DNA from: a bacterium
Lineage (GTDB): Bacteria > Patescibacteriota > Dojkabacteria > SC72 > WJKH01
Direction: 5' to 3'
DNA length: 64,000 nt
Assembly (NCBI GenBank): GCA_029547225.1
Contig: JAKPPS010000040.1
Coordinates: forward strand, 42,796 to 106,795
Position 1 is the stretch's first letter; each line of letters starts with the position of its first letter. The position numbers were made by a program, and so were the translations under genes. Below the pieces are notes generated by a model, which was given only the letters and a program-made list of their open reading frames with translations, did no database searches and had not been told where the DNA came from. This document shows positions 1 through 9,791 of the stretch, piece after piece.

Positions 1-789
1 AGTTATGAACTAGCTCCTATAGATATCTCTTATTTTAGAAATATTGATTTCCAAGAATTGCCACTAACCGATGGAACGACTTCATGGTTTGCCAATTTTA
101 AAAATAGTCCTGATAAAAACAATGAGATAAAACAATTCATTAAAAATAATGATGGTAAAATAATTGGCCTACAAACCGATTATCTTGTTGAATTCATCCA
201 TGTAATTGATTCCTCAGAAACATTCATAGCTTTCAATGTCCCTACTGATGATGAGGAAGCTGTAAAAACATATGATGCAATTATTAATAGTGGTGCAAGT
301 AGTACAAGTGTTACTGCTACAGAGATTGACACCCAACCTGTAGCAGAGTTGAAATTTGATTACATTAAAGCATTTATTACTTTCTCTCTGGTTGCTATAG
401 CAATATCATTATTTGCTAAAAACCGTTTTGCGACATTGTGCTCATTAATAGTACCAACAGGAATTATGATTGCATACCATAAACTTGCGAATCTTCCAAT
501 TTCTTCAGATGACCTTATTATCTTCATTATCATTTCTTCAATAATTGCCGTATCACTAGGACATAATAAAAATATTATGATTCAATTAGCCATTCTTTCT
601 ATGATTGGTTTTACAATAATGCATTTGGTTTCTTACGGGCAGATAAGCCATCTTGCTTTGATAGGTTTGTTAAGTACTATTTCTACAATATTTGTATTTA
701 TCCTTTCTGATGTATATGGTAAAAGATTTTTACCACAAACAAATTTCTTTGACAAAATAATTATTAATGGAGGGAAAAATGATAGATAG
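1..789 (+). CDS. Hypothetical membrane protein, N-terminally truncated by the window edge; soluble N-terminal part plus C-terminal polytopic TM region
   Basis: Frame 1 is open from nt 1 with no stop before the listed TTG at 58, so the gene probably starts upstream of the window. The C-terminal half has several hydrophobic helices (FITFSLVAIAISLFA, IIFIIISSIIAVSL, LAILSMIGFTIMHLV). No recognisable catalytic motif. Confidence 0.4.
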   Translation, partial: SYELAPIDISYFRNIDFQELPLTDGTTSWFANFKNSPDKNNEIKQFIKNNDGKIIGLQTDYLVEFIHVIDSSETFIAFNVPTDDEEAVKTYDAIINSGASSTSVTATEIDTQPVAELKFDYIKAFITFSLVAIAISLFAKNRFATLCSLIVPTGIMIAYHKLANLPISSDDLIIFIIISSIIAVSLGHNKNIMIQLAILSMIGFTIMHLVSYGQISHLALIGLLSTISTIFVFILSDVYGKRFLPQTNFFDKIIINGGKNDR

Positions 790-1210
790 AGAGTTAATCG
801 ATATAATTGTTCTAGTCTCATTAGTACCAGCAGGAACCTTACTATTTGCATGGTTATATCAGAAAAAGGATCGAAATATTTTTTCTGCATTCCTATCGAT
901 AGCAGCTGTTGTAGCTCTATACAACTTATCAATATTTATTCTTGAAAAGTTCACTGTCGTGGATATTACATATCGTAGCTTCTGGACATATATTACGACT
1001 GCACTCTTTATCATTTTTATATCTGTATATGAATCGGAATCGATAAAGAACTTTTCAGTCAAATATTTTGTGTCCCTAATATTAATCCTAATTGCATCAA
1101 TTATTTGGTTACCTTTAAATTATATCGTTTCGATAGGTTCAGCTTTACTCGTAGGACTTATCGGGATAGGTATGTACTTTGGTATAAAGAAGTTGATTAG
1201 TAAAAAGTAA
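767..1210 (+). CDS. Small polytopic membrane protein (hypothetical)
   Basis: 147 aa that are almost entirely hydrophobic helices. It overlaps the upstream ORF by 23 nt, which suggests an operon. Confidence 0.4.
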   Translation: MEGKMIDRELIDIIVLVSLVPAGTLLFAWLYQKKDRNIFSAFLSIAAVVALYNLSIFILEKFTVVDITYRSFWTYITTALFIIFISVYESESIKNFSVKYFVSLILILIASIIWLPLNYIVSIGSALLVGLIGIGMYFGIKKLISKK

Positions 1211-1226
1211 TTTTCAATCGTCGATT

Positions 1227-2507
1227 TTGATGACTCCAATTATAGCCTCAATAGTAAATGAAATCGTTGCCAAAATTACAGAATATCTTCTATTTGCTGA
1301 CATTACTCCATACAAATCGCAAAAATATGTTATTAAATATTCAGATACTGCTATCAATTATGAAAAGCAATACGAATATACCCATAACACTGCAGATATT
1401 GACATACCGCCAATTATTGTAATCGGGGGGACAACTGCAAGTGGGAAATCAGACATAGCAGTTGAAGTTGCAAAACGAATCAGATGCAAAATCCCGATAA
1501 TAGTAAATGCAGATTCAAGACAGATATATGATCAGCTAATAATTGGAGCTGCTCAGCCTTTCTTTAATCAGGCAGATAATACTCTTAACAAAAGCTTTTC
1601 TATACTGGGGGGGAGTACACTTAAATGCAATAATATTCAGTGCAATGACACATGTCTCTCCGAAAAAAAGAATATCGCAAAAGCAGGTAATAACATTACA
1701 AATAAAAAAGCTGAAGATATTTCTAAAAAATATAATTTGCAAACAATAAATGGCATAGCTCACTTAATGTATGGCTATAAAAGTATTATTGATGATTACA
1801 ATCTATTTGATTATAAAAATGATTGTGATGAAATATTAAAATCAATTTCTGGCACTCCAATATTAGTCGGAGGTACAGGGATGTATATTGAAAGCGTCAT
1901 TTACAATTACGAAATAAATAATCAATTTGTTGAGAAAAATATCAATGCTCAAAAAGATAATTTACGCGAGAGATTAAACATATTAGATGTTAATCAACTA
2001 CAGAAATTAGCTGGTGATTCGGTTAAATTGTTAAATAATAGTGATAAAAATAATCCGAGAAGATTAATTAGGATAATAGAAAAGAAAACATACTATGGAG
2101 AAGAAAACCTGAAAGATCTTTATCAGAAGCGAAGAAATCGTAGGCATCTCTACTTTTCACTTATTCCAGAAAAAGAAATTGCAATAGACCGTATCAATAA
2201 TAGAACTAATAAAATGTTCGACAATGGGCTTATTGAGGAAAATATCTCGATAATAAAATTTCTGCACGAAAAGAAAATGACTGCGCAAAATGTAAAATCA
2301 TTGAATTCAATTGGATACAAAGAATTCTTTACCAATTCTAATTTTTACCGTTTAGTAGAAAAATCAATTTCCGAGAAAACAGATAAGATTATTGTTGATG
2401 ATTCAATCAAGAAGGAAATTATTAATAGTATTAACATCAATACTGTAAAACTATATAAAAAGCAGAAGACTTGGTTTAGTAAAAACCATTTAGATATTTC
2501 ACAATAA
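1227..2507 (+). CDS. miaA: tRNA dimethylallyltransferase (MiaA) with an N-terminal extension and a Cys-containing insertion
   Basis: P-loop 'IIVIGGTTASGKSDIAVEVAK' followed by 'IVNADSRQIYDQLIIGAAQP', the MiaA 'DSMQVY..IGTAKP' substrate motif. 'IAHLMYGY' corresponds to MiaA 'pHHLid'; 'ILVGGTGMYIESVIY' corresponds to 'vGGTglY'. About 60 aa of extra N-terminal sequence; the likely true start is the ATG at 1230. A roughly 60-aa insert contains 'CNNIQCNDTC'. Confidence 0.75.
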   Translation: MMTPIIASIVNEIVAKITEYLLFADITPYKSQKYVIKYSDTAINYEKQYEYTHNTADIDIPPIIVIGGTTASGKSDIAVEVAKRIRCKIPIIVNADSRQIYDQLIIGAAQPFFNQADNTLNKSFSILGGSTLKCNNIQCNDTCLSEKKNIAKAGNNITNKKAEDISKKYNLQTINGIAHLMYGYKSIIDDYNLFDYKNDCDEILKSISGTPILVGGTGMYIESVIYNYEINNQFVEKNINAQKDNLRERLNILDVNQLQKLAGDSVKLLNNSDKNNPRRLIRIIEKKTYYGEENLKDLYQKRRNRRHLYFSLIPEKEIAIDRINNRTNKMFDNGLIEENISIIKFLHEKKMTAQNVKSLNSIGYKEFFTNSNFYRLVEKSISEKTDKIIVDDSIKKEIINSININTVKLYKKQKTWFSKNHLDISQ

Positions 2508-2555
2508 TAAATACTTGGATACAAGATTCATCAAGAAGTGTTAAGCAAGCTTATA

Positions 2556-3095
2556 TCAGACTATAAGAGAGTATTTGTCGAGGTCACTAACAACAAAATT
2601 TATTGTCTGCGCTTGCCAGATAATTGGATCGGGAATTGTAATCTCCTTCACTTCTGTAAGAATATTAGAATACTCTTGATCTGTTAAGTCCTTCCCTACT
2701 CTTCCTAAAGTAATATGAGGTATAAAAACTTGATCTCTTTTAACCCCAGTTTTCTTTGATAGATCAGTAACTAATTCTCGCAATTGATCTGCTCCTTGAC
2801 CAACTGTTAAAAATATCAGCTCTCTATAACGATTTGAAATACCAGCTTTATATCCCGATATTTCAATATTTATTGGATCGAAGGAATATTTACTTACTCG
2901 ATTCTTTATCAACAGTTTACGAAAGAATGATATCTCATGCCCAATGAATAAAAGTGAAAGATGGTATTTCTCCGGTTCAACCCATTTTACATTAATACCC
3001 TGTGAGGCGAATATCTTACGAATCTCAATGGCCGATTTAGCTATTTTCTTACTGACTTCTATGTCGGGAAAAATCCCTAAAAAATAATTTTTCAT
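2556..3095 (-). CDS. thpR: RNA 2',3'-cyclic phosphodiesterase / 2'-5' RNA ligase family (ThpR/LigT, 2H phosphoesterase)
   Basis: Two H-x-T/S-x motifs typical of the 2H superfamily: 'HLSLLFIG' and 'HITLGRVG'. Size 179 aa. Confidence 0.65.
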   Translation of the reverse strand: MKNYFLGIFPDIEVSKKIAKSAIEIRKIFASQGINVKWVEPEKYHLSLLFIGHEISFFRKLLIKNRVSKYSFDPINIEISGYKAGISNRYRELIFLTVGQGADQLRELVTDLSKKTGVKRDQVFIPHITLGRVGKDLTDQEYSNILTEVKEITIPDPIIWQAQTINFVVSDLDKYSLIV

Positions 3096-3097
3096 AT

Positions 3098-4375
3098 TTA
3101 TTTAGTTGCTTTCTCGATTTTATCTTTCCCTACAAAAGCTCTCAGAACTTCAGGTACAGTTATCGATCCATCAGCATTTTGATATGTTTCCAATAGAGCC
3201 ACCATAAGACGACTTGTAGCTAGACCAGAGCCATTTAAAGTATGCATATATTTTGGTTTATCATCTTTTTGTGATCGATATCTCATATTTCCCCTACGAG
3301 CTTGATAATCTCTTGCATTTGATACTGAGCTTACCTCATAGAATGTATCCATAAATGGCATATAAGCTTCAACATCGTATGTACGAGCCATACCGCCAGA
3401 ACAATCTCCAGCAGCTAGTTTAGACACTCTATAATGCAATCCCAGTTTCTCGACTAGATTCATAGCTTTATGTAACAATTCGTCAAATGCTTTATCAGAT
3501 TGCTCTGGAGTCGTAAATTGAAACATCTCAACTTTATTAAATTGGTGCATCCTCATTAGTCCTCTCTCATTAGCTCTATAGCTTCCGGCTTCTCGTCGAT
3601 AACATGGTGTATATGCAAAAAATTTCTTCGGCAAAATAGATTCGTCGACAATTTCATCTCTGTAATAATTTGCTAAAGCTGTTTCTGCTGTGGGCAAGAG
3701 AAAATTTCCATCTTGTGTCCAAAAAACATCTTCTCGAAATTTCGGCATTTGTCCTGCAGTATACCCAGAATCCTCACAAAGAAGATGTGGAGGAATAATC
3801 ATCGTATAACCATCAGCAATATGCTCTCTAATAAAAAAATTTATCAAGGCCCATTCAAGTAGTGCACCATCACCAACATACATCGACATCTGTGCTCCAC
3901 CGATCTTAGCAGCTCTTTCAAAATCGACAATTCCTAAATCTGCAGATAATTGAACATGATCTTTTACTTTAAAAGTAAAATTTGGTTTAATACCATGACT
4001 TTCAAGAACCTGATTGTTCTCTTTTTCTCCAGCTAATAGATCATCATCAGGAATATTTGGTAAAACATCAAGTAACGATTTAAGCTTCTCTTCTGTAAAT
4101 CGTAAATCTTCCTCAAGTTGTTTAGTCTGTGCTGAAATCTCCTTTAAATCAGAAATCATTTTCCCAAAATCATCTGATTTCCTATCCATCTGTGACATCT
4201 TATCATTGAAACTTTTTTGTTTTGATCGCAATTCATCATATTTAACTTGTTTCTCTCTACGTGACGAATCTAACGCTATTATTGACTCCAAATTAAGTTC
4301 TTCTGGCTTCATCCTTTTGAGGAGAGCATTTTTCACTTTTTCAGTCTCTTCGACTATTCTCCTAATATCTAGCAT
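3098..4375 (-). CDS. serS: Seryl-tRNA synthetase
   Basis: N-terminal 'MLDIRRIVEETEKVKNALLKR' and a coiled-coil arm. Class II core motifs 'GLMRMHQFNKVEMF', 'TAGQMPKFREDVFW', 'GSGLATSRLMVALLETYQNADGSITVPEVL'. Confidence 0.95.
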   Translation of the reverse strand: MLDIRRIVEETEKVKNALLKRMKPEELNLESIIALDSSRREKQVKYDELRSKQKSFNDKMSQMDRKSDDFGKMISDLKEISAQTKQLEEDLRFTEEKLKSLLDVLPNIPDDDLLAGEKENNQVLESHGIKPNFTFKVKDHVQLSADLGIVDFERAAKIGGAQMSMYVGDGALLEWALINFFIREHIADGYTMIIPPHLLCEDSGYTAGQMPKFREDVFWTQDGNFLLPTAETALANYYRDEIVDESILPKKFFAYTPCYRREAGSYRANERGLMRMHQFNKVEMFQFTTPEQSDKAFDELLHKAMNLVEKLGLHYRVSKLAAGDCSGGMARTYDVEAYMPFMDTFYEVSSVSNARDYQARRGNMRYRSQKDDKPKYMHTLNGSGLATSRLMVALLETYQNADGSITVPEVLRAFVGKDKIEKATK

Positions 4376-4539
4376 CTATTTAAGCTAATAATTTATCAAT
4401 CTAATATACAATATTTACGCTGTAAAATCCAGAGTTTAGTCGATAGTATAATAGAAATACTTTTATTTGTTGAAAAAACACCCAAAATCTAAATTATTAC
4501 TAACAAAATTATTTTCTTACTTGAAAATCTGGAAAATAA

Positions 4540-5298
4540 CTATTCTTTTACTTCATATCCATGAACTACTGCATTGTATTTGAATTTTCTGAAATCAATT
4601 ATCTCGATTTCCTGATAATCCCAAACAGAAATATTTTCTGCATTTTTCTGAATTTTTTCTGAGACATATGGTATTGTCATTTTATATAAAGCGGTCGATG
4701 TCTGTCTTGTCGGAGTATAACCATCACGAAGTGATTGACCAATATATCGAGGACTTACTGAGAAACATGAGTTTGAATGTAATCCTAACCAATGGTAGAA
4801 TTCTTCTTGAGATAAAAGATATTCTCCATAATAATGCCAATATCTATCAGTTTTAAGAAGATACCCATCCCAACGTACAATAAGTTTTAACAACTTTATT
4901 ATTGAATTTTTTAATTCCTCTTCATCAGTAATACCATCCAATATAGGATGGTAATTCATAGTCGGAAGATGCATCTCTTTACGTTTACCAGTAATTACTT
5001 TTGAGCAAAAAGATACTAATGTATTCGGGATAATGTTTTTATAATCCTCAACGATTTCATTAACGACTTTTCGATAATTTGTTAGAACTTCATATCTAGG
5101 TATTTCTATCATTGGTCGTTTATATTGTATTAACCCACTGTCTAATGTGCGTAATTGATCGGTATTTAATGTGTTTTTTTGCCTCCAATTAAAATTTGCT
5201 GGATGAACAATCAGATTTATTGCAGAAATTTTTTTGAGGTTTTCTACAAGAATCGGAATCACATCCAATACTTCGAGTTTCTTTTCATTATTTGCCAT
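4540..5298 (-). CDS. Hypothetical protein (no recognisable family)
   Basis: 252-aa soluble protein, Trp/Tyr/His-rich in its C-terminal half (WDGYLLKTDRYWHYYGEYLL). It lies in the tRNA-modification neighbourhood between serS and the SpoU methyltransferase. I can place no motif. Confidence 0.35.
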   Translation of the reverse strand: MANNEKKLEVLDVIPILVENLKKISAINLIVHPANFNWRQKNTLNTDQLRTLDSGLIQYKRPMIEIPRYEVLTNYRKVVNEIVEDYKNIIPNTLVSFCSKVITGKRKEMHLPTMNYHPILDGITDEEELKNSIIKLLKLIVRWDGYLLKTDRYWHYYGEYLLSQEEFYHWLGLHSNSCFSVSPRYIGQSLRDGYTPTRQTSTALYKMTIPYVSEKIQKNAENISVWDYQEIEIIDFRKFKYNAVVHGYEVKE

Positions 5299-5387
5299 AT
5301 TCTACAAGATTTAAACAATAAAATTAGGGCACAATGATACACTAATTTAATAGAATAATCAATTCTAACATCTTTTGAATTAAGCAC

Positions 5388-5861
5388 CTACTTTTCTTCT
5401 CTCAATGCCTCAAACATAATAATACTTGCAGTATTTGCGACATTAAGTGACTCTTTAATACCGAGCATTGGAATCATGATTTTTGCATCACTTTGAGCAA
5501 GAACTAGATTATTTACTCCAAGTCGTTCATGACCGAAAACTAAAGCTACTTCATGAGGATAATCATAGCTTTGAAAATGATAAGCATCATCAGTTAACTC
5601 TACAGAAACAATTGGAATGTGTCTTTCTTTTAATTCATTAATCGCATCAAGCGTTGTTTTGTAATATTCCCATGGAACAGTCTCTATTGCACCTAAAGCA
5701 GTTTTATACATCTTGGGGTTTTCTGGAGTTGGAGTCATTCCACATATATATATTTTGGCACAACCAGTAGCATCAGCAGTTCGAAAAATACTTCCGACAT
5801 TAAAAACACTACGAATATTATCTAATACAATGTGTAATCTTATCTCCTTATTATTATTCAT
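5388..5861 (-). CDS. SpoU/TrmH-family tRNA 2'-O-methyltransferase (TrmL-like)
   Basis: SPOUT motifs 'IVLDNIRSVFNVGSIFRTADATG', 'LVFGHERLGV', 'MIPMLGIKESLNVANTASIIMFE'. The 157-aa size matches TrmL. Confidence 0.75.
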   Translation of the reverse strand: MNNNKEIRLHIVLDNIRSVFNVGSIFRTADATGCAKIYICGMTPTPENPKMYKTALGAIETVPWEYYKTTLDAINELKERHIPIVSVELTDDAYHFQSYDYPHEVALVFGHERLGVNNLVLAQSDAKIMIPMLGIKESLNVANTASIIMFEALREEK

Positions 5862-5909
5862 AATTGAAATTGTGTTTGATTTTTTACTTATTAATAATTG
5901 ACACGGGTA

Positions 5910-8114
5910 TTAGTGGAATAATTTTGTTCTAATATCGTTAATCTGATCAGGATTATACTCGTTAATCATCTTTTTTGCTATATCACGAGCTCTTTTAACT
6001 AGTTGAATATCCATAATATCAGCTACTTTCAACTTTGGTATTCCAGATTGAGCTAATCCATATACTTCACCAGGACCCCTACTCTTAAGATCATATTCGG
6101 CGACATCAAATCCTGAGCTGTGTTTTACAAAATACTCTAAGCGTTTATAACTATCACTATTTGTAGAAACATTTTTACTTGCTACAACGAAACAATGTGA
6201 TTGTTTATCTCCTCTTCCGACACGCCCTCTAAATTGATGCAACTGAGCTAATCCGAAGTGTTCTGCATCCTCAATAACCATAATAGTCGCATCAGGAATA
6301 TCTATACCGACTTCAATTACTGAAGTAGCGACAAGTACATCATATTTTTTGTCTCGGAAATCACTTAGTATGGCCTGTTTTTCAATTTCTTTCATTTTGC
6401 CGTGCAAAAGGCCAACACTTAGTCCCTTAAAAGCACTTGATTTCAACTTTTCAAACTGATCAGTTGCTGATAGTGCATCCATTTTGTCCGAATCATCTAC
6501 TAGAGGAAAAATAATATATGCTTGCTGGATATTCTTATCTGTTTTAGCTTGAATAATATTTTGCTTTATCCAGCGATAACAATCATTTCGCTTTGACTGA
6601 GGCACTAAATATGATTTTACAGGAATACGATTTTTTGGCATCTGTTTAATTATCGAAATATCTGAATCACCATACAAAATTTGCGTCAATGTCCTTGGAA
6701 TAGGTGTCGCAGTCATTGATAAGTAATGAGGTACATTTTTATTATCACCCATCTCTTTTAGATATTCTCTTTGTAATACGCCAAATCTGTGTTGCTCATC
6801 AACAACTACTAAACCTACCTTACCGATGTATTGATCAATATCTTTTTTGAATAATATTGCATGAGTACCTATAAGTATAGATTTCTTGTTTTCACAAAAA
6901 AAGCTTACTAACTGATTTCCAGACATTAAGAGATCAATAGAAAAATCATATTGCTTCATATATTTACCAAGTATTTTATTAAATGTTTCATAATGCTGTT
7001 TTGCTAAGATGGTTGTCGGAGCAATAAGAATTACACTATATCCATTTTGTATGGTGAGTAATGATGTGATAAGAGCGATTATAGTTTTACCACTTCCAAC
7101 ATCGCCATTTAACACCCTACGCATAGGTTTACTATTTCGCATATCAATCAATATCTCTTCAAGTACTTTCTGCTGATCATCCGTGAGTGGATAAGGTAAA
7201 CCCGAAATAAAATCATTTAGATTGCATCCCTCCGCCTTAATACTATATGACTTCTTCTTTTCTCTATATTGATTCTGGTATTCAATGTCGAATGCAATAT
7301 TTAGCATTTCATCAAGCGCTAACCTTTTTTTAGCAATCTCAATCTGTTGAGTATTATCAGGAAAATGAATTTGTTCAATAGCTTTATCAAGCTTAATAAA
7401 TTTACTATCTGAAGAAGATTTAATATTTAGTTCGGAATCAGATAAGTATTGTGTTGGTAAAGAATCCGCAATTGGAATTTGGTCAATTTTCAATAATTTG
7501 TAAATATTTTTTCTTATTATTTTCTGAGAAAGCCCTGCAGTTGTAGGATAGAAAGGCGTGATACCACCGATATTAATTTTACTTAAGTTAGGTAGACTCT
7601 TTTTTTCATTAATAATTTCGGATCTTTTATTTTGAATATTTTCTATATCATTTTGTACCTTTATTATATCAGCAGTGTTCTTAGAAGAAGACTCCTCATA
7701 CTCAGTTTCATCAACTTGTTGATACTCTCTAACCTGCAGTGATACAAAACGATCTTTTATCTTTACCTTTCCATCAATAAAGTAGTAGTTATCCCTTTTT
7801 ATTGACATAATAATATATGGTTGATTAAACCAAACTGCCTCAATTTTACCCGAATCATCGATAAGCTTTGCTTTTGTAATCAAAAATCTTCCTGCTTTGA
7901 AACTAGAAATTGATTCTACCTTTGCAACAATCGTGCCCTCACCTTGTTCAATTAATGTCGAGATATTAAGTAGATTAGATGTATCTCTATATTTTGAAGG
8001 TATATAAAATAATAAATCCTTAACATATTCAATACCAAGTTTATGAAGTTTCGACGCAATAAATGAGCCTACACCTTTAAGCTCTGTGATCGGAGAAGAT
8101 AGTGATATATCCAT
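5910..8114 (-). CDS. recG: ATP-dependent DNA helicase RecG
   Basis: N-terminal 'LKGVGSFIASKLHKLGIEYVKDLLFYIPSKYRD' with wedge domain. Walker A 'GDVGSGKT', DEQH box 'VVVDEQHRFGV', 'LSMTATPIPRTL', 'QFRGRVGRG'. A Lys/Glu-rich insert lies between wedge and helicase core. Confidence 0.9.
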   Translation of the reverse strand: MDISLSSPITELKGVGSFIASKLHKLGIEYVKDLLFYIPSKYRDTSNLLNISTLIEQGEGTIVAKVESISSFKAGRFLITKAKLIDDSGKIEAVWFNQPYIIMSIKRDNYYFIDGKVKIKDRFVSLQVREYQQVDETEYEESSSKNTADIIKVQNDIENIQNKRSEIINEKKSLPNLSKINIGGITPFYPTTAGLSQKIIRKNIYKLLKIDQIPIADSLPTQYLSDSELNIKSSSDSKFIKLDKAIEQIHFPDNTQQIEIAKKRLALDEMLNIAFDIEYQNQYREKKKSYSIKAEGCNLNDFISGLPYPLTDDQQKVLEEILIDMRNSKPMRRVLNGDVGSGKTIIALITSLLTIQNGYSVILIAPTTILAKQHYETFNKILGKYMKQYDFSIDLLMSGNQLVSFFCENKKSILIGTHAILFKKDIDQYIGKVGLVVVDEQHRFGVLQREYLKEMGDNKNVPHYLSMTATPIPRTLTQILYGDSDISIIKQMPKNRIPVKSYLVPQSKRNDCYRWIKQNIIQAKTDKNIQQAYIIFPLVDDSDKMDALSATDQFEKLKSSAFKGLSVGLLHGKMKEIEKQAILSDFRDKKYDVLVATSVIEVGIDIPDATIMVIEDAEHFGLAQLHQFRGRVGRGDKQSHCFVVASKNVSTNSDSYKRLEYFVKHSSGFDVAEYDLKSRGPGEVYGLAQSGIPKLKVADIMDIQLVKRARDIAKKMINEYNPDQINDIRTKLFH

Positions 8115-8117
8115 ATA

Positions 8118-8243
8118 CTATTTCGTAAGTAATGCAATAATTGTAAACAACAATGGTAATAATATTGAAAGTACCATTAAAATTGCAATAACAGTGTTAA
8201 AAGCTTTATTAATATTTTTTCCTATAGCTTTCTTTGATTTCAT
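8118..8243 (-). CDS. Possible 41-aa small membrane protein between recG and rel
   Basis: I translated it by hand from the minus strand as MKSKKAIGKNINKAFNTVIAILMVLSILLPLLFTIIALLTK*: one clean TM helix. It is below the ORF-track size cutoff and fills the recG-rel gap exactly. Confidence 0.2.
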   Translation of the reverse strand: MKSKKAIGKNINKAFNTVIAILMVLSILLPLLFTIIALLTK

Positions 8244-8252
8244 AAGAAGATA

Positions 8253-9749
8253 TTAACATTTTGATAAATACTTTGCAATTTTCTGCTTCGCTCTGACAGA
8301 TACTACAAAATTAAGCCAGTCAGAATTCACAGTTGCTACAGTATTCGGATTTGGAGATACATTAATTTTTATAATATCGTTATTTTTTAATTTCGTATTT
8401 AGTGGCTTAACCACACCATTAATCTCTGCATTTACGGCGCGTAACCCTATTTTTTCATGAATATAAAATGCAAAATCTAAAGCAGTACTTCCCTGAGCAA
8501 GTGCAATAATATCTGACTGTGGCGTAAAGACATAAACTCGATCAGAAAATACATTAGAAATTATTGGATTTGATAATTTTAATTTCTTTTGTTTAGTATT
8601 CTTATCAATTTTCTCCCTGATCTCTTTAACCCACATAAAATCTTCACCTGCTTCTGCATACCTTTTGCCTCTAATTTTGTATGAAAAATGGGAAGCGTAG
8701 CCATATGTATTCGTATTATACATTTCGTATGTCATTATCTGAATTTCAAATTTCAACGGTGTTATTTCTGGGATCGACACAATTAATTGGAGTTGACTAA
8801 ATCCATTTGGTTTAGGATCCATAATATAATCTTCAAAATCAATAATATTATTAACAGTATTTGCCTCAATTATAGAAGCAACTTTGTAACAATCTTTCAC
8901 ATCCTTGACAATAATGCTAAACGCAATTAAATCGCGCATAGCAGAAATATCAGGCTTTTTAGATTCGTTAATGTATTTTATTGTTTTCTTATAAATACTA
9001 TATGGTGCTTTTATTCTTCCAACTATAAATGGTTTATAATGTATATCTCGTAACAGCACCTTAAGTTTAGTACTAATTTCATAAATAAGTTTATCATTAT
9101 CGAGCTGTTTAGATCTTAAGAACATATTTATTTCAGAGTAAATTTCTGGATATAGTATTCTGAAACCGACATCCTCGAAATGTTTCTTAAAAAAGTAGAA
9201 GTTAATGAACTCCGCAAGTGGAGCATAAACACTGATAGCTTTTTTTGCAATATCTTTCTGGAAATCTTCGTCAAAATACTCGATGTTATCTACAGTATCT
9301 CGCATATCACACAAGCGAATCATTAAATATCGTAAGTCAGTTTTGCGCTTTAATATATATTTATGTACAGCCTCAGAAACAGATATCGAATTAGAAATCA
9401 CAATTATTTCGTTATTACCTTTAACTAAATCCAATACATCATTTCCAAATTTTTGTTCTATCTTTAAAAATATTTCATTAATTGAATATTTATTTTTATC
9501 ATAAGTCCTAACAGTTTGATGGACTAAACCCGCAATTACAGTATTAATATCAATGCCTATCTGAGCAAGATAATAAGCAACATTTACTGAGTGTTCTACC
9601 TGCGAATATTTACTATTCCTCATCTGATCTCCAAGTATCTCCAATGCAAATTCATACGCATCAATGATTATTGAATCAAATTCATCTGGAATCAGATTGA
9701 GAATCTTCTTATACTTCAAAGATCCCTGTAGTTGCTTATTAGTATCCAT
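8253..9749 (-). CDS. rel: Short RelA/SpoT-homologue (HD-like N-domain + (p)ppGpp synthetase domain + TGS, no ACT/C-terminal regulatory domains)
   Basis: Synthetase motifs 'RDLIAFSIIVKDVKDCYKVASII', 'DYIMDPKPNGFSQLQLIV', 'EIQIMTYEM...YASHFSYK'. TGS 'VYVFTPQSDIIALAQGSTALDFAFYIHEKIGLRAVNAEINGVVKPLNTKLKNNDIIKI'. N-terminal 'HSVNVAYYLAQIGID..VIAGLVHQTV' aligns with the hydrolase HD region, but HD is replaced by HQ. Confidence 0.8.
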   Translation of the reverse strand: MDTNKQLQGSLKYKKILNLIPDEFDSIIIDAYEFALEILGDQMRNSKYSQVEHSVNVAYYLAQIGIDINTVIAGLVHQTVRTYDKNKYSINEIFLKIEQKFGNDVLDLVKGNNEIIVISNSISVSEAVHKYILKRKTDLRYLMIRLCDMRDTVDNIEYFDEDFQKDIAKKAISVYAPLAEFINFYFFKKHFEDVGFRILYPEIYSEINMFLRSKQLDNDKLIYEISTKLKVLLRDIHYKPFIVGRIKAPYSIYKKTIKYINESKKPDISAMRDLIAFSIIVKDVKDCYKVASIIEANTVNNIIDFEDYIMDPKPNGFSQLQLIVSIPEITPLKFEIQIMTYEMYNTNTYGYASHFSYKIRGKRYAEAGEDFMWVKEIREKIDKNTKQKKLKLSNPIISNVFSDRVYVFTPQSDIIALAQGSTALDFAFYIHEKIGLRAVNAEINGVVKPLNTKLKNNDIIKINVSPNPNTVATVNSDWLNFVVSVRAKQKIAKYLSKC

Positions 9750-9791
9750 TATTTGTTAGATTAAGAGAAAATTATTATTGATTGGCTTGTT

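Noticed and set aside
4014-4388. 124-aa plus-strand ORF antisense to serS, and similar antisense ORFs (for example 1536-1763, 9283-9504, 14418-14627, 15454-15726, 24432-25093, 26360-26626, 29883-30203, 32820-33098, 44501-44782, 51014-51295, 56789-57119)
   Set aside because: They are entirely embedded in well-supported genes on the opposite strand, have low-complexity Ser/Leu/Phe-rich translations, and carry no motifs. These are typical AT-rich antisense artefacts.
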